A stretch of 64,000 nucleotides of DNA from Nemertoderma westbladi (taxonomy: Eukaryota; Animalia; Xenacoelomorpha): assembly GCA_032718475.1 (NCBI GenBank), contig JAUCBJ010001254.1, positions 1 through 64,000 on the forward strand, read 5' to 3'. Shown here one piece after another: positions 35,406 to 48,557 of the stretch. The notes under the pieces are model-generated. The model did not search any database and was not told where the DNA came from. It saw only the letters and a list, made by a program, of their open reading frames with translations. Each line of letters starts with the position of its first letter. The first letter of the stretch is position 1. The translations under genes were made by a program, and so were the position numbers.

Positions 35406-36569
35406 TTACAAATTGAATTCTTCAATAACTCTGTCTATCCATATTATCATTTCCGGTTCCCGGATTATCATATTCGAATTCTCCCACATCATCTGAGTTG
35501 TAAATTCTGTTTGTCGTTTTATATCAATTTCTGTCCAATGCAATTTGTTTTCCAGCACAAACCCAATAACCTCTTCCAATTTTTCTATCGGGACATATTG
35601 CACATCTTCTTGACTAAAATGCTTTAGTTTATCATAAATTAGTTCATCGTCTCTCATCATTTGCTTCAATTTTTTCACAACGAAGAAATAACTAATTTTC
35701 ATCTGATTTTCATCGGACCATATATCGAAACTTCTTTTCACGCAGGCTGAATTATCAGAAAGGAATTTTATCATTTGTTGATCGTCTAGATTGTCTTCTA
35801 ATAGTAAAAGTAACTTATCGCAGATGGTACCATGTACATGCTTTGTATTCTCAACTAACATTTTTGTTACATAACTTTCCTGCAATTTATCATATTTATC
35901 AACTTGGGATTTCATTTTATCTTCCAATATATTTACTGCAACATTAACTATAATACCAACCCTCCCCACAAATTGTACTATTTCTGCTTTTGTGTTTTCC
36001 AGATATTCTTTATTTAAATTTCTCAACTCTTCCATTTGTTTTCTCATTTGAATATTAGTTTCCATGACCATTGTCGTTTTATTTTGGATCATTATATTTT
36101 TAACGCAAGCTGTAAGGCTGGCCTTAATTTGGTTACTTCTAAAATTAGGTTGATATAGAGAAGGGAGCCGATCCCGTTCTTCTTGAAACAGAAGCCGTCG
36201 CAACCTCCAGTAGCGATTCACGAGTATCATCTTATTGCAAAAGCGCTTATTATCAGAATAATAATGAAATTCTACTCGAATCCCCTCTCCATGCCAACCA
36301 TTATTATAAATGTCAGTGTATTCACATCTGAATTTCCTTCCGAAATTGGAAGTATCATTTTCGCAGGTGACGAAATGATAATAGTTTTGAGTAACCATAC
36401 TATCCTCATTCACATTCTTGAATATTATTGTTTCTATAGAACTGGCAGATCCCTGTAATTTTTTCGTGATCGTACCATCCTCTGTAATCATGATAGAAAA
36501 TTGTTGTTGATAATTGGGAATATAACGCTGTACCAGTGCAGGCACCCCAGTTACTTTGGGACAATTCAC
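35406..36569 (-). CDS. Uncharacterised 387-codon ORF
   Basis: Uninterrupted, non-repetitive frame in AT-rich DNA; no recognised motif. Start uncertain (GTG; first ATG at codon 27). Confidence 0.5.
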   Translation of the reverse strand: MNCPKVTGVPALVQRYIPNYQQQFSIMITEDGTITKKLQGSASSIETIIFKNVNEDSMVTQNYYHFVTCENDTSNFGRKFRCEYTDIYNNGWHGEGIRVEFHYYSDNKRFCNKMILVNRYWRLRRLLFQEERDRLPSLYQPNFRSNQIKASLTACVKNIMIQNKTTMVMETNIQMRKQMEELRNLNKEYLENTKAEIVQFVGRVGIIVNVAVNILEDKMKSQVDKYDKLQESYVTKMLVENTKHVHGTICDKLLLLLEDNLDDQQMIKFLSDNSACVKRSFDIWSDENQMKISYFFVVKKLKQMMRDDELIYDKLKHFSQEDVQYVPIEKLEEVIGFVLENKLHWTEIDIKRQTEFTTQMMWENSNMIIREPEMIIWIDRVIEEFNL

Positions 36570-36855
36570 ACTGTGATAATGCGGCGTATGATTTCAAACT
36601 ATAGTTCTATCTATATAATTGTTAACTTTCACAAAAAAAACTGCAATTATCCCAGGGCTTCCTTCCAAATGCCCATGTGTGGGGTGTAGTGTGAAAAAGA
36701 CACTACACTTACGACACATTTTATGGCTTCTTACACAGACACATGAGTGAGGCCCGCAGTAGCCAACCTAGAGCCACGGACACACCCCACAGACATTTGG
36801 AAAACTTTTTTATAACTTTTTCGTTGGGGACAGCTTAGCAAAGTCGGCAATGAGT

Positions 36856-36910
36856 TCCAGGTGGGATTGAACTCGTGACCTCAGGGTTGGAAGTCTGACG
36901 CTCTAACCTA
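36856..36910 (-). other. tRNA-derived SINE remnant
   Basis: GGTTAGAGCGTCAGAC...TGAGGTCACGAGTTCAATCCC: tRNA-like 3' two-thirds with B box. Confidence 0.5.
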
Positions 36911-38455
36911 ATGGATAAGGTAAAGGGTAGACCTGGAAATACTACCTGATACCTTGTATGTCCGTAATTTACCTCCTCATGACCTCCCATCTGTCAATAC
37001 CACAATCTGCTGCCATTGTGCTCAACCCTACAGTACCGGGCCGTCAATAACCACACGCTGCAATGAAAGGAAAGGGTAGTATATTGAAACCATGAACCAT
37101 CACGGCCATAATGATTAATTACACACTCTAACTATTTAGGTAGGACAGTTACACCCATAGAGAAATGCGAGCGGTATATATTTTTCGGCTAGAGTTCCGT
37201 AAAGTACTACATTTTTAAAACTTTAAATCATTGTTACTAGGGCAACGTTGAAGAGTTCTAGAACAATAGAAAAGTATTACATATTATTCTAGAACATAAA
37301 TCAAATTAAAAATGTAATGTTCTAGAACATTTTTAATTTCAAAATAGCTAGTAAATTAATAAAAATTTATTTTTAAATAAATTTCTGAATACATTTAAAT
37401 AAATATTGATCATTATAGTGTTTGTATACCGATATAACTGATTAGTTTATATATTTCCATTGGGTATTTTGTTGGCCTTTAAAATCTCATGGAATCCGTT
37501 CAATTATCCTTTTCTTATCTGTCGCGCCTCTATATGTTATTCTGTCAGATTTTAGGATAATTTATCTTCATAGTTAATGCACTCATAAGACATAGCTCTG
37601 GCGTCGTATATATTTATATTATTTTTGCACGTACCTGTCTTTTAAATGCCTTAATTTGACTTGTGCATTTCGTACCCCAAAAAGGATTGAATAATCTTTT
37701 TAATCACTGGCAATTTTAAATTTGAAAAATAACTAGCTATATTTTCTAGAACATTATATTTGTAATGGGATCCGAGTTGGCAAGAGATCCCGACCGGTAT
37801 TTGTGTCGTGGTTGATACGCGTCGCCGCGTCCGCTAATGTGGTTTTCACTGAAGGCTTGGGGCTGAAAGGCCGAAGGCCGGTATAATAAAGTTCTGAGTT
37901 TAAAGCTTGTGGATATTGATAATCTCTGATGTATGAGTACCGGTAATATAGCACAATCAGTATTGTACAGTGACAGCAGTACCGACGACGGTTTAAACCG
38001 TTTAACATCTACTCTGAATATTAGTAAACTGAATCATAATTAACACTGGATAACATCATCCATCCCACTAACTTAATCCCCCGCGCATCTACTAGATAAG
38101 GCCCTATGTACACTACACCATATGGCATTATCCCCGTTCACCACAATTCAAACAGTTCTGTGGCGACCTCTCTCGCCCTCTCATTCACCAATTCGCCCTT
38201 CCCAAATCGGACTAAGTAGTGAAAATGTTTATTGCACTCACCGAGTCTGTGGCATAACTTGGGCTTGTCTACCTTTCCTCCTTTCTTGGCGTCATTGGGG
38301 ATCTTTCTCGTGGCGATGTACCCACATCGTAGGTGATCGCTCGTCCCAACGTCCTCCTCCTGAACTTTCTAACCTCCTCTCCTCGCCTGGCGTGGCACCG
38401 TCGGCCCCACCATTGCTGTTCTGGTGGGCCACTCGCCGCCTGTAGCCACTGGTTG

Positions 38456-39632
38456 TATAAAGGCTTTTGCGGATCTAGCTAGTTATTTTCCCCGCAAAGT
38501 ACTCTGTAGGTGTTTTAAAGGACATAAAAAGCCGTTTCCTTACTGTACCGGTGTTTTAGTGGACATAAAAAGCCATTTCTTCTGTATGTGTACTTTAGCG
38601 GACATAACTAGCGATTTTATGTCGCAATAAGCCAAAATCCTCTTGATACAGTGTAGTTACGATGACGACATCTATCAGCTGATATGTACAGGTACACGTG
38701 TAATTTTTCCCTTGTTCTTTGTTCGGTCGACCAATCAGAGCGATTTTCTTTGTGTTGGACAGTGCATATATAAACTCACGCAATTCAGTCAGTATGTATC
38801 TTTCTAAGCCCAGAACACCGGCTTAGGATTCTTCTGTACTTCTGTGGAAGTTTCAGACTTTAGCCAAACATTAGAACGGCTTTGATCATAGAAACGTATA
38901 ACTGTTATCCTGCCATACCTGGCATACCAGACTCACCTAACCTTTCACCGCATTATTTTACTGCTATTTGCTGTCGATTATTAATTGTTAGAAGTTGATT
39001 GATATGTTGTTATATTTGGAGAATATCGATGAATAATCATAAAACCCCAATCTTCTTGATATACTGAAGGTTAGAGAGACCGGTTACATATAGCAATTGC
39101 GACTTACATTAAAGTGGTTTTGGAGTGAATCTAATGCTATTTAATAGGCCCTACATGTGTCGGTTGCTATTCTCCTTATGTATGATCAAATTCAGTGAAG
39201 GTCGGCAGATCAGTGTGCAGCAGTGTGAGGTAGTGTGCATGAGTGTGACAGGTAACAAAGCATTTCCTAAAGAATGCGCCTTATACGTAAATCATTAGCC
39301 ATCCTGTTGTGCTTAGTGTAAGTCATAACTCTGTTTACATACTTAGAGCGCCACGTCCTAAAGGAACTGTTGATATTTCCCGAAAGTGAATAATATTTGT
39401 CAGAGATTATATATTAACGATCAATCGAATAATACAGTAGGCCTACACCGCAATAAGGTCAGAGCTTCCGAATCCAGTCTCCCGGGTATATCCAGCGGGT
39501 GAATGGTCGCGCATAGGCTGGCTTCGGCTAATGTAGTGTATCCAATACTCGTCATAGGCTAAAGTCGATTTATAACCTAGAAGACACCTAAATTTGGAAG
39601 GTTAAACTGCTAAAGGTCTGAAAGCGCGAACA
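38456..39632 (+). repeat. 5' LTR of B1
   Basis: Direct repeat of 61377-62548; starts TA here versus TG in the 3' copy; TATATAAA at 38767 and TCAGT initiator-like motifs at 38785-38793. Confidence 0.95.
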
Positions 39633-39643
39633 ATAACAGTTAT
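39633..39643 (+). promoter_or_regulatory. Primer-binding position of B1 (complementary to own LTR)
   Basis: ATAACAGTTAT is the reverse complement of ATAACTGTTAT at 38898-38908. Confidence 0.75.
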
Positions 39644-39980
39644 TAATTCTGATTGCAGTGTAGGCAATAAATACAGTTTACTATTGTTCTGGTAAGAACA
39701 ATAACAGTTATAGGATCTTTATTGCGACGTAGGCAATAAAGACTAAAGTACCAGTCGATCGGTAACTAGTAGGCCTAACTACCTAACCACCCGAACCGGT
39801 ACTTACAGCAGTACAGGTACCAGTATTATTTCGATTGTGATATATTGTATATTGTAGGCTGTTAGGGGATTAGGGATTGATCACCCCTTATTCCTTTGTA
39901 TGGTTTACTTATTTCTGTCAGTTTTATTTATTTGTAGGTTAATATTGAGCAGAAGACGTGTAAGCCTGCTCAGATTGTAC

Positions 39981-40562
39981 AGATAATTTGTAGGCTGGAC
40001 TGTTGTCTGACTGTTGTTAAGTCTGAAGGGATTGCAGTGTGTGTAGAGTGTATGTCCGATAAAGTACTAGTTAGGAAAGTGGTGGGCATCCAGTGCTGTA
40101 AGGTAAATCCCCGTGAAAGAATAAGTCGTACTACTCGGTTAGAACGCATACTAACTAACCATTTCGGAGTCTGCATATACTGTAGTTTGTTTAGGCTTGA
40201 TAGTAGTCTGCCAGCGTTTGGTCTGTATTTTGTTTGTGTAGTCTGTACGGGTAGCGTAATATTTCTTATTTAGATAATTTGTAGGCTGGATTGTTGCCTG
40301 GCTGTTGTTAGGTCTGAAGAGATTGCGGTGTGTGTAGAGTGTATGTCCGATAAAGTACTAGTTAGGAACGTAGGGGCTTCCAGTGCTGTGAGGTAAATCC
40401 CCCCGAAAGAATAAGTCGTACTACTCGGTTAGAACGCATACTAACTAACCATTTCGGAGTCTGCATATACTGTAGTTTGTTTAGGCTTGATAGTAGTCTG
40501 CCAGCGTTTGGTCTGTATTTTGTTTGAGTAGTCTGTACGCGTAGCGTAATATTTATTATTCA
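39981..40562. repeat. ~291-bp tandem duplication in the B1 leader
   Basis: Units start at 39981 and 40272; equivalent duplication in B2 at ~55060-55635. Confidence 0.9.
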
Positions 40563-41955
40563 GAGTTTATGCGATTATTCGCAACATTCATACCCCAAGT
40601 TTATTCCTACAGTAATTGTGCTTGTTATAAACCCATAATATTTCCCCTGAACAAACCCATAATATTACACCTTGTTATACATACCGTTATAGTTAAATTA
40701 ACCCCGGTACTACATCAGGGCTGTTTGGCGTAGGTAAAGACTGGAGATTTTATGCTTTGGTCACTCCGGCAGATACCGTGGTTCCTTTAGCTGTACAAGT
40801 ATTTCTAACTGCTGGTTATTTGTTGTATAAGTACTTGTACCTAATTTAGGGTTTAGTGTACAGTGCTTTCCGAAAGTAATTAGTATGTAGGCAGTATATT
40901 TGTGTTGTAAAGTGGTTAATAGGCACGTTGGCTCTGGTAGGCCGCGGTAATTAACTTCTAGGTAGGAACACTCCGTGAAACATAACGTAGTACTTATAGC
41001 GATACGGCTATAAGTCGTCAGACGGTGGTATTTTTCCTATCTGGACAACGCAGTATATTTACTACTGCTTTGTTATTTTCAAATACCGTAGAATCCTGTC
41101 TGTTAGTAATAACCAGATATTCTAACCCTTTGTTAGGCTGGTTTGTAGACTTCTTGTAAAATTACCCTAAAAATTTCGTACGTGTAATTTTTGTGTTTGT
41201 TTAGAGATTGTAATCTCACCCCGAATTGTACGTAATTTGTAGTATTAAGTAACTTAGGTAAATTAGAATTATTTGTTTTAGTGTCCAACAAGTAGCACTT
41301 CACTGAGAGCGTACAGCTTCTGTGCGGTGACTCTTCCCCAGAAATAATAACATTTATTTCAAATATTGACAAAAACCCATTAAACGGGTATATATATATT
41401 ATAAATCAACTCAAACCGATTTATAAAATAGTAGGCCTGTCATACAACAATTAGGTCTTAATATCAGTTGGACTACCTACTGCTTAAATAACGGTAATAA
41501 GGTAAAGTAAAGTAACCAAGTAACCCCTAAAATTCAGAAATTCAATTATTCTAAAATAATTGACATACCGGTATTTACAATAGGCTTATTATATTTATTT
41601 CTATAAATTTGAGCTGAAATTATATACCGCTATTCTGTAATTAATTATAGTCCATAATTATACTTATATATACTATAAGTGTAAGCTGTATACCGGTATT
41701 CACGATAGGCTTATTATATATTTCTATATATTTGTGCTGAAATTATATACCGGTATTCTGTGACAAACCTAGTCTGTAATAATACTTATATATACTATAA
41801 GTGTATACCGGTACTCTAATATATTATATATATATCACGTTACACTGAGTAACAGTATCGGTAATTAATTAATTACTAGGCTAACAGTTGATACTGAATT
41901 ACTAGACTTGCTTTAACTGTAATATAGCAGTAGGCATTCAACTGTACCAACAAAC

Positions 41956-44900
41956 ATGTCTGACACAAAGCAAAACCTGTCAGACAGTCTCCTAGATACA
42001 ACCATCTGTGACCCAGACAGGAGTGTGGAACGTGTGAGACCGAAGTTCAACTCACCTCCTACTGTAAGAAAGATCATCCCTCCAGTAGTAGTATCAGACC
42101 CTAGGCTAGTCCAACACCGTAGGTCTATCATAGGCACTCGAGCTCAAGTCAAGCGAGACCAAGAAGCAGCTGTTGAACAGCAGCAACACTCGAGCCGAGA
42201 ACTTATTTCTCAGCGGCCCGACAGCTCCAGTAGTGCGGATACTGTAGAGCTGACACCCGAGCGCGGAGTAAAGATGGCAGATGCGGTTTATTCGGATCCC
42301 CTTCTCATCCTTCCTGCAGCCGTACTCACTAGGGTATTGATTGCGGTGGAGGAACACCAGATTGATTGGGCGAGAAGTAAGCGATCGACCAAGGATAGTT
42401 ATGCGGGATACACAAGGGAAGAACTGAAGTCTATTGTCGAGTCGCAATGGAACTTCCCCGGACCCGGACTCCCGTTTGACTTATCGGAAGCTGCCTGGGA
42501 AGACATACACAGGATGGGAGTGACAAAAGACACCAGTGATCCAGCTGTATGGAAGAGGTCGGCAGCAGGATACGTACAGGGATTCTTCAGCTCTTTGGAG
42601 CGATTAGAGGAACAACTGTTTCGACAACCCCAAGGACCTCAAGAGCAGGGACAGCTGCTTTATCAAGTTAGAGAAAGAATTCTAAGAATCAGACTAATCC
42701 TATCGGCCTTTGAGGAAGCTTCGAAAAGAAGACAAGACACGTCGTTGCAAGTTGCTGTAAAGACTTGGTTCCAGCGGGTGAGTCTCAAGGTTCAAGGAAC
42801 GGCCCAGTGGAAATCTCAGCTGGCTGAGCGCTCAACCCATGGAGAATCAACAGATGCTACATTTTCTCAAGTGGAAAGCAAAGCGACAGCAGAGAAACCT
42901 CATAAGAGGGATGCTATTGACATCTATCTGTCAGACTATCAACGCTTTCTAGGTGATGAAGAGTTGAGGAGAAGGCTGGATGGACTTCGCCCTAATAGTG
43001 AAGGAGCCAAGCTTGTGTTGGACGCAATAGATGTGGAAATGTTAGCTGCGAACCAAGCTAAATTTGATGAAAGCAGCCGCATCGCTAGGGTCCAAGAAGA
43101 ACAAGTAAAGAAAAAACGTATAGAAGACAGAAAGACAGCAGCAGCGGCAATGGCAGCGGCAGAAGCGGAAAGAAAGGCGGCAGAGGCAGCGGCAGAGGCA
43201 AAAGCAGCAGCTGCAGCAATAAAAGCGGCAGCGGCAGAGGCAAAAGCGGCAGCTGCAGCAGTAGAAACGGAAAGTAAAGCGGCAGCGGCAGAAGCGGAAA
43301 GAAAGATAGCAGTGGCAGAAGCAGAACGAAGAGCATCTGAAGAGACCACCCAACTAGAGTTGGAAATCTGCAAGAGAAGCAAGACTACATAGATAAACAG
43401 AGAACAGCTACTCAGTGGCAGCTGATAAGTCGATCCACCCCCAAGCGACAGGGCTTTACATCATCGGATGAAGGCGATACCAGAGATCCTGAAGGCGGAG
43501 GAAATAGATCTCGTCTCAGCAGGCATAGAAGAATGTCCCACCGTCAGAAATTGCCTGATTTGTCCCCAGCTGTGAGAAGGCAACTAGCTAGCACAGACTT
43601 AGGTAGTACAGAACCCACAGACCAAATTATTAAAGTAGAAAGACTCCCTACTATAGTAGATGAACCTGAAATAATTAGGCCTGTTCTCGAAGCCACCCCT
43701 TCGGTGATAGAGACACCTTTACTCCCAGAACCTACCTCTAAATTCCCTTTGCACAGCACTAAACTACCTGTGCCCAGCAGAACCGCCCCTGAGACAGTTC
43801 CTGTCCTGGACTCCGAGCGAAATATCAATGATTTGTCGCCCTTGGTCCCTCGTCTGCCCGCTACTATGTTGGCGGCTCCCGCTTCGGCGGTCGAGTGGGT
43901 GGATGAGGGGCGGCAGGGGATGAATCTCCTGCTCAGGCAGATGCAGGAGACTGTTCATCAGTTTAAAGGAACAGTAAGGGAAAGTAGGTTAGAGTTGCAA
44001 GAAGTGCAGCAGAGTATCGCGTTAGAATGCGATAAATTAGTAAATACACAAAAGGGTATACCACCACCCCCTGTAACAATGTGTCAACCTGTTAGGTCTG
44101 AAGTATTTCATGCGCAAGGTGTGGAGCCTACACGCATCTATACTGCTAGTGAAGTAGAAACTCCTATAGTAAACCCTATTCAGGGTGATTATAAACCTGT
44201 TGATAATAATATTCCATATAGACCTGATCATAATGAGAGAAATTTATATACCGATAACTCGATATTAAATAATACGATGGCCCAAGAAAGTTTTACGCGT
44301 CAAATGGCTAGAACCGAAGCCCGTCAAGCGGTAAAAGTGGGAGAGATCGTCAAGTTCAATGGAGATGAGATGAAATGGTTACCTTTTAATGAATATTACA
44401 AAGATAACATACAGAACTCTGTGCTATCTAACGGAGAGAAACTTAGATTCCTCATCGAGTGCTTGGAAGGATCTCCCAAGTTAATGGCGTTAAAGTTTAT
44501 TGGACATCCAGATGGATTAAGACAAGTTTGGGATACACTAAACATCAGGTACGGTAATAGGAATAACATAGCTAGGTTTGTATGCAAAATTGGTAGCCCC
44601 CCGAAAGTTCATTAGCAGCGGGATTATAGAGTTTTCCGATGAGATTCAGGAGATCTGTAGACAATTAGATTGGCTAGGTAAATCTCATGAATATCAGAGT
44701 TCTATGGTTATTGGAGCCGTGGCCTCTACTTTACCGAAGGGTGGAGTAGGTACACGCTGGGATAAGAAAGTGTTATATATCACAACAACGGCGAGACCCT
44801 ACCATGGCTGATCTCATGTCATTCTTAAATGGAGAAGTGAAATTACAGCTCCTAAAGCAGTCCAGAGAGAAGACACCGGAAAACAAGGTAAGTGAGAAAC

Positions 44901-45983
44901 CCGTTTCTAGGAGAAAGGTAACACCAGTGTGTTATACCGACGACGGCGAAAGCCAGGCTTCTCAAGAAGAAGACAGCGGGAAAGACACTGAAAGATCTTA
45001 TTATGTCAACAAAACGCCTAAAGACGTAAGTAAATTCAAGTCTCGAACCAATGACAGGAGAGAACAGGTAAGAAAAACTCCTCCTACGTCTCCTAAGAGA
45101 ATTCATGTAAGAAAGCCCGAAGAAAGAACGAGTGTGCACATCGTTACTCAAAATAAGGTAAGTAACATCAAACCGAAATGTGCGCTGTGTGACGGGCCCC
45201 ACCGTTTAAATGTGTGTGATGAATTCCTAAAGAAATCATTAAAGGATAGACGGGAAGTCATGTGGGATAAGCGGTTGTGTTATAATTGCCTCAGACAAGG
45301 ACACCAACGGCGAACCTGTTACTCCGATGCAAGGTGTGCGAAGTGCAGCGCGAAGCATCATATCTTGTTGCACACTGAATTCGAACGAAACAGCCAGAGT
45401 CAGGTAAGTGAGTCCGAACTACATGTCCAATTCAGTGATGTGAACGACACCGACCAAAGTTCTGAGATGGAAGGATTCTATACGGACGAATTCTCCGACG
45501 AAAACGAATCCTGTTACCTGATAAATACCGCAGTGTATTGAGCACTTACGTATGAAAAAGACACCGACAGCGAGCTCCCCCTAACTAATTCTGACCAACA
45601 ACCATCTTGGAAAGCATCAACTTCCAATGTAGGAATCCGAGAATTTCCCGTAGTGCAGTTGAGGGTCCACGGACCTAAAAGGAGTTATATAGTGAACGCC
45701 CTCCTTGACTCCGGTAGCACAGGAACATTCATCGACAAAGAACTAGCCGAAGACATCTTTGCTGGACAACCCAAGTTCCGAACTAAGTTAAACATGTCAG
45801 GAATTATGCAGGTTTGGAAATCTACAGTAATAACAGATTATTATGTAGGTGCGTTGTCCACCCCCCAGGATGAACTAGGAGAACACAGTATAAGGTCAGT
45901 AAAAATGGTGGCGATAAAGAACTTCGCTACCAGCCAAGTAGAACCTTATAACTGGGATGAGGACGATTTCACCCAGCAGCTTA
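41956..45983 (+). pseudogene. gag: B1 gag-protease, disrupted
   Basis: KFNGDEMKW, CLEGSP, RYG, knuckles CALCDGPH..C, CYNCLRQGH..C and CAKCSAKHHILLH, protease ALLDSGS. Stops or frameshifts at ~43390, 44580, 44780 and 45540; cut by B2. Confidence 0.9.
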
Positions 45984-47193
45984 TGTTCGCGCTTTCAGAC
46001 CTTTGGCAGTTTAACCCGCCAAATTAGGATGTCTTCTAGATAATAAATCACCTTTAGCCTATGACAAGTATTTAATTCACTACACTAGTCGAAACCAATC
46101 TGTGCGCGATCATTCACCCATTGGATATACCCGGGAGATTGGGTTCGACGGCTTAATTTTATTGCTATGTAAGCCTAATGTATTATTCGACTGACAGTAT
46201 TATATAATCTCTGACAATATTATTCACTTTCGGGAAATATTAACAGTTCCTTTAGGACGTGGCGCTCTATTTATACAAACAGAGTTATGACTTAAACTAC
46301 TCACAACGATATGGCTTAGTTATAATTCACATATATGGCGCATTCTTTAGGAAATGCTTCGTTATCAGTCTCACTCATACACAATGCTGCACAATACTGC
46401 ACACTGATCTGCCGATCTTCACTGATTTTAGTCACATATAAAAGGAACACGGACCGAATCATGTAGGGTCTATCAAATAACATTAGATTCACTTCAAACC
46501 ACTCAACATAGGTCGCAATCATTTATCTGTAACCTTTCTCTCTTACCTTCGGTATATCAAGAATATTGGGTTTTCGGGGTTATTTGTCGTTATTCCAAAT
46601 ATAATAATTCATCAACCATATTATGAAGAACTGACAGTAAATAGCAGTATAACAATATAAAGTATGCACAGTGTTACACAGTATGCAGTGTATGCAGTAC
46701 TGCAGTATGCAGTATGCAGTGATCAGACATCAGACATCAGATAACGGATATATGTCCTTATAATTAAGCCTACTAGTGTAGGACTAAAAACTGAAAACAC
46801 GGAGGTGCCAAAAGCCGGTTCTTAGGCTCTGGGCAAAAAATAACACTGAACTACTGAGTTTCTGTATACACCTCTAACACAGAGACAACAAACGCTCTGA
46901 TTGGTCAACCTGAACAACGAGAGAACAAAGAAACAAAGAAACGTCGACGTGGCAATATCAGCTGCTAGCCGTCGTCATGGTAGCGACACTGTTTTCAAGA
47001 GTATCGAGCTTTTACGTCACGGAATTACGGATTATGTCCTCTAAAGTACAAATACCGAAGAAATAGCTTTTATGTCCGCTAAAACACCAGTACAGCAAGG
47101 ACACGGCCTTTTTATGCCTGGTAAACCAACTACAGAGTATTTTACGGGAAAAATAAGGAAAAATAACCGGACAATTCAGCAAAAGCTTTTACA
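45984..47193 (-). repeat. 3' LTR of B2
   Basis: Direct repeat of 56002-57211; diverged inverted homologue of the B1 LTRs. Confidence 0.96.
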
Positions 47194-47289
47194 CCGCTCC
47201 CAGAAAATGGGATTTTCAGTCTATAAAATATAAAAATCACAGTTTCTAAAACATAAAGATACTCTAAACAGTTAGTCTTTCTTACGCAG

Positions 47290-48557
47290 ACGGCGTTTAC
47301 GCAGTTTTTTGAGGCTAGCAAGAGTCTTTTTCTCTTTGGGGGGAGCCACTTTACTAGGAGGGCCATAACTCCTGGGTGAAAGGTGCAATATGATTGCATC
47401 AGAAGGTGTAGGATTGTGGTCGAGGTATCTGCCGTTTCGATATGCTTCTCCTCGAGCTGATTTTCCTCCGCTCGTAGCTGGATACGTTCATCCAAAAACT
47501 CTCGCAGAGAATAGGATCGTCCAAGTTCGATAACTTCTTAGAGATTCTGGATTTCCCAATCGAATTGAGATAAGGCCAATTCGTTTATCGATTGGACTTA
47601 CTGTTATAACTTACGTTTATCTGAACAAACGCAGGTTTCCCTTTTGATCTTTATAGAATAGCGTTTAACTCGTTTCGTACAACGCTCTCCTTCACCTTGA
47701 TGAGGGGTTGTATCGCGTTAAACGTGGACGACCATACGGTTGGATAGTGATATTAGGTGTCCGCGTCACAATCCGGCTAGGTAAGATGGGCGGCTAGCTA
47801 GAAATCACTGTCGGAGTGTTACCGATTAATTGTTAGGGTAGCACTAGATCTTTGAACAGTGAATACAGTCCGCGAGGATCCGCGACACCACCAGGATCGC
47901 AGGTCTGAGGTCCAACTAAGGAATGAGGAGGTTTGACCGAGTATTCCGGGACTCTGATCGTAGGTTTACTCCAGGATCGTTCGAGCCGAGTGAGCATAGG
48001 TGATACGTCAACAAGTTTCGGTTTACGTGGATGTTTATGTCTTTCCGTTTATTAGTTGGGTCTAGGGCATTTATCGTAATAATACCAAAGACGCACGTCT
48101 GGTAGGGTAAACGCGGGTGATATTTATTTGTTGTTACAATGCTTCTATCAAGAATTCCAAATATACGTTGGAGTTACCGCGTCCATTTGTTTCTTTAGTG
48201 TCTTTTCTTTCGAGTCGATTTCGAATAGAATTTTCGCATTCGAATTTCAGTTTATGGTTCCGACTCCGCTGGGCAGGATATATAGTCGACATAGTCCGTA
48301 TTGTGTAAATCGATAGGATGACCAGTAGTTAAGAAGCCCATATACATACCATTACGCTGCGTATATCGAGCAGCAAATTTTCTATAGTCCAACTCACGCG
48401 TGAGCTGCTCTTGGGACATTGGCGGTTCGATATAACGACCATCGTCCTCCGCAGCAGTTGGACTAACGTCGCCGCGTATTAAGCTATCAACAAACGCTTG
48501 TAAAAGTAGAGTATATCGCTCCCCGATACCAAGACCATCTTCTATCAACTCCGTCAT
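47290..48557 (-). pseudogene. Degraded accessory ORF region of B2
   Basis: MTELIEDGLG...YIEPPMSQEQLTRELDYRKF and downstream pieces homologous to 59748-61298. Confidence 0.55.

Noticed and set aside
46259-46522. Small ORFs duplicated at 56277-56540
   Set aside because: They are identical only because they lie inside the two B2 LTRs.
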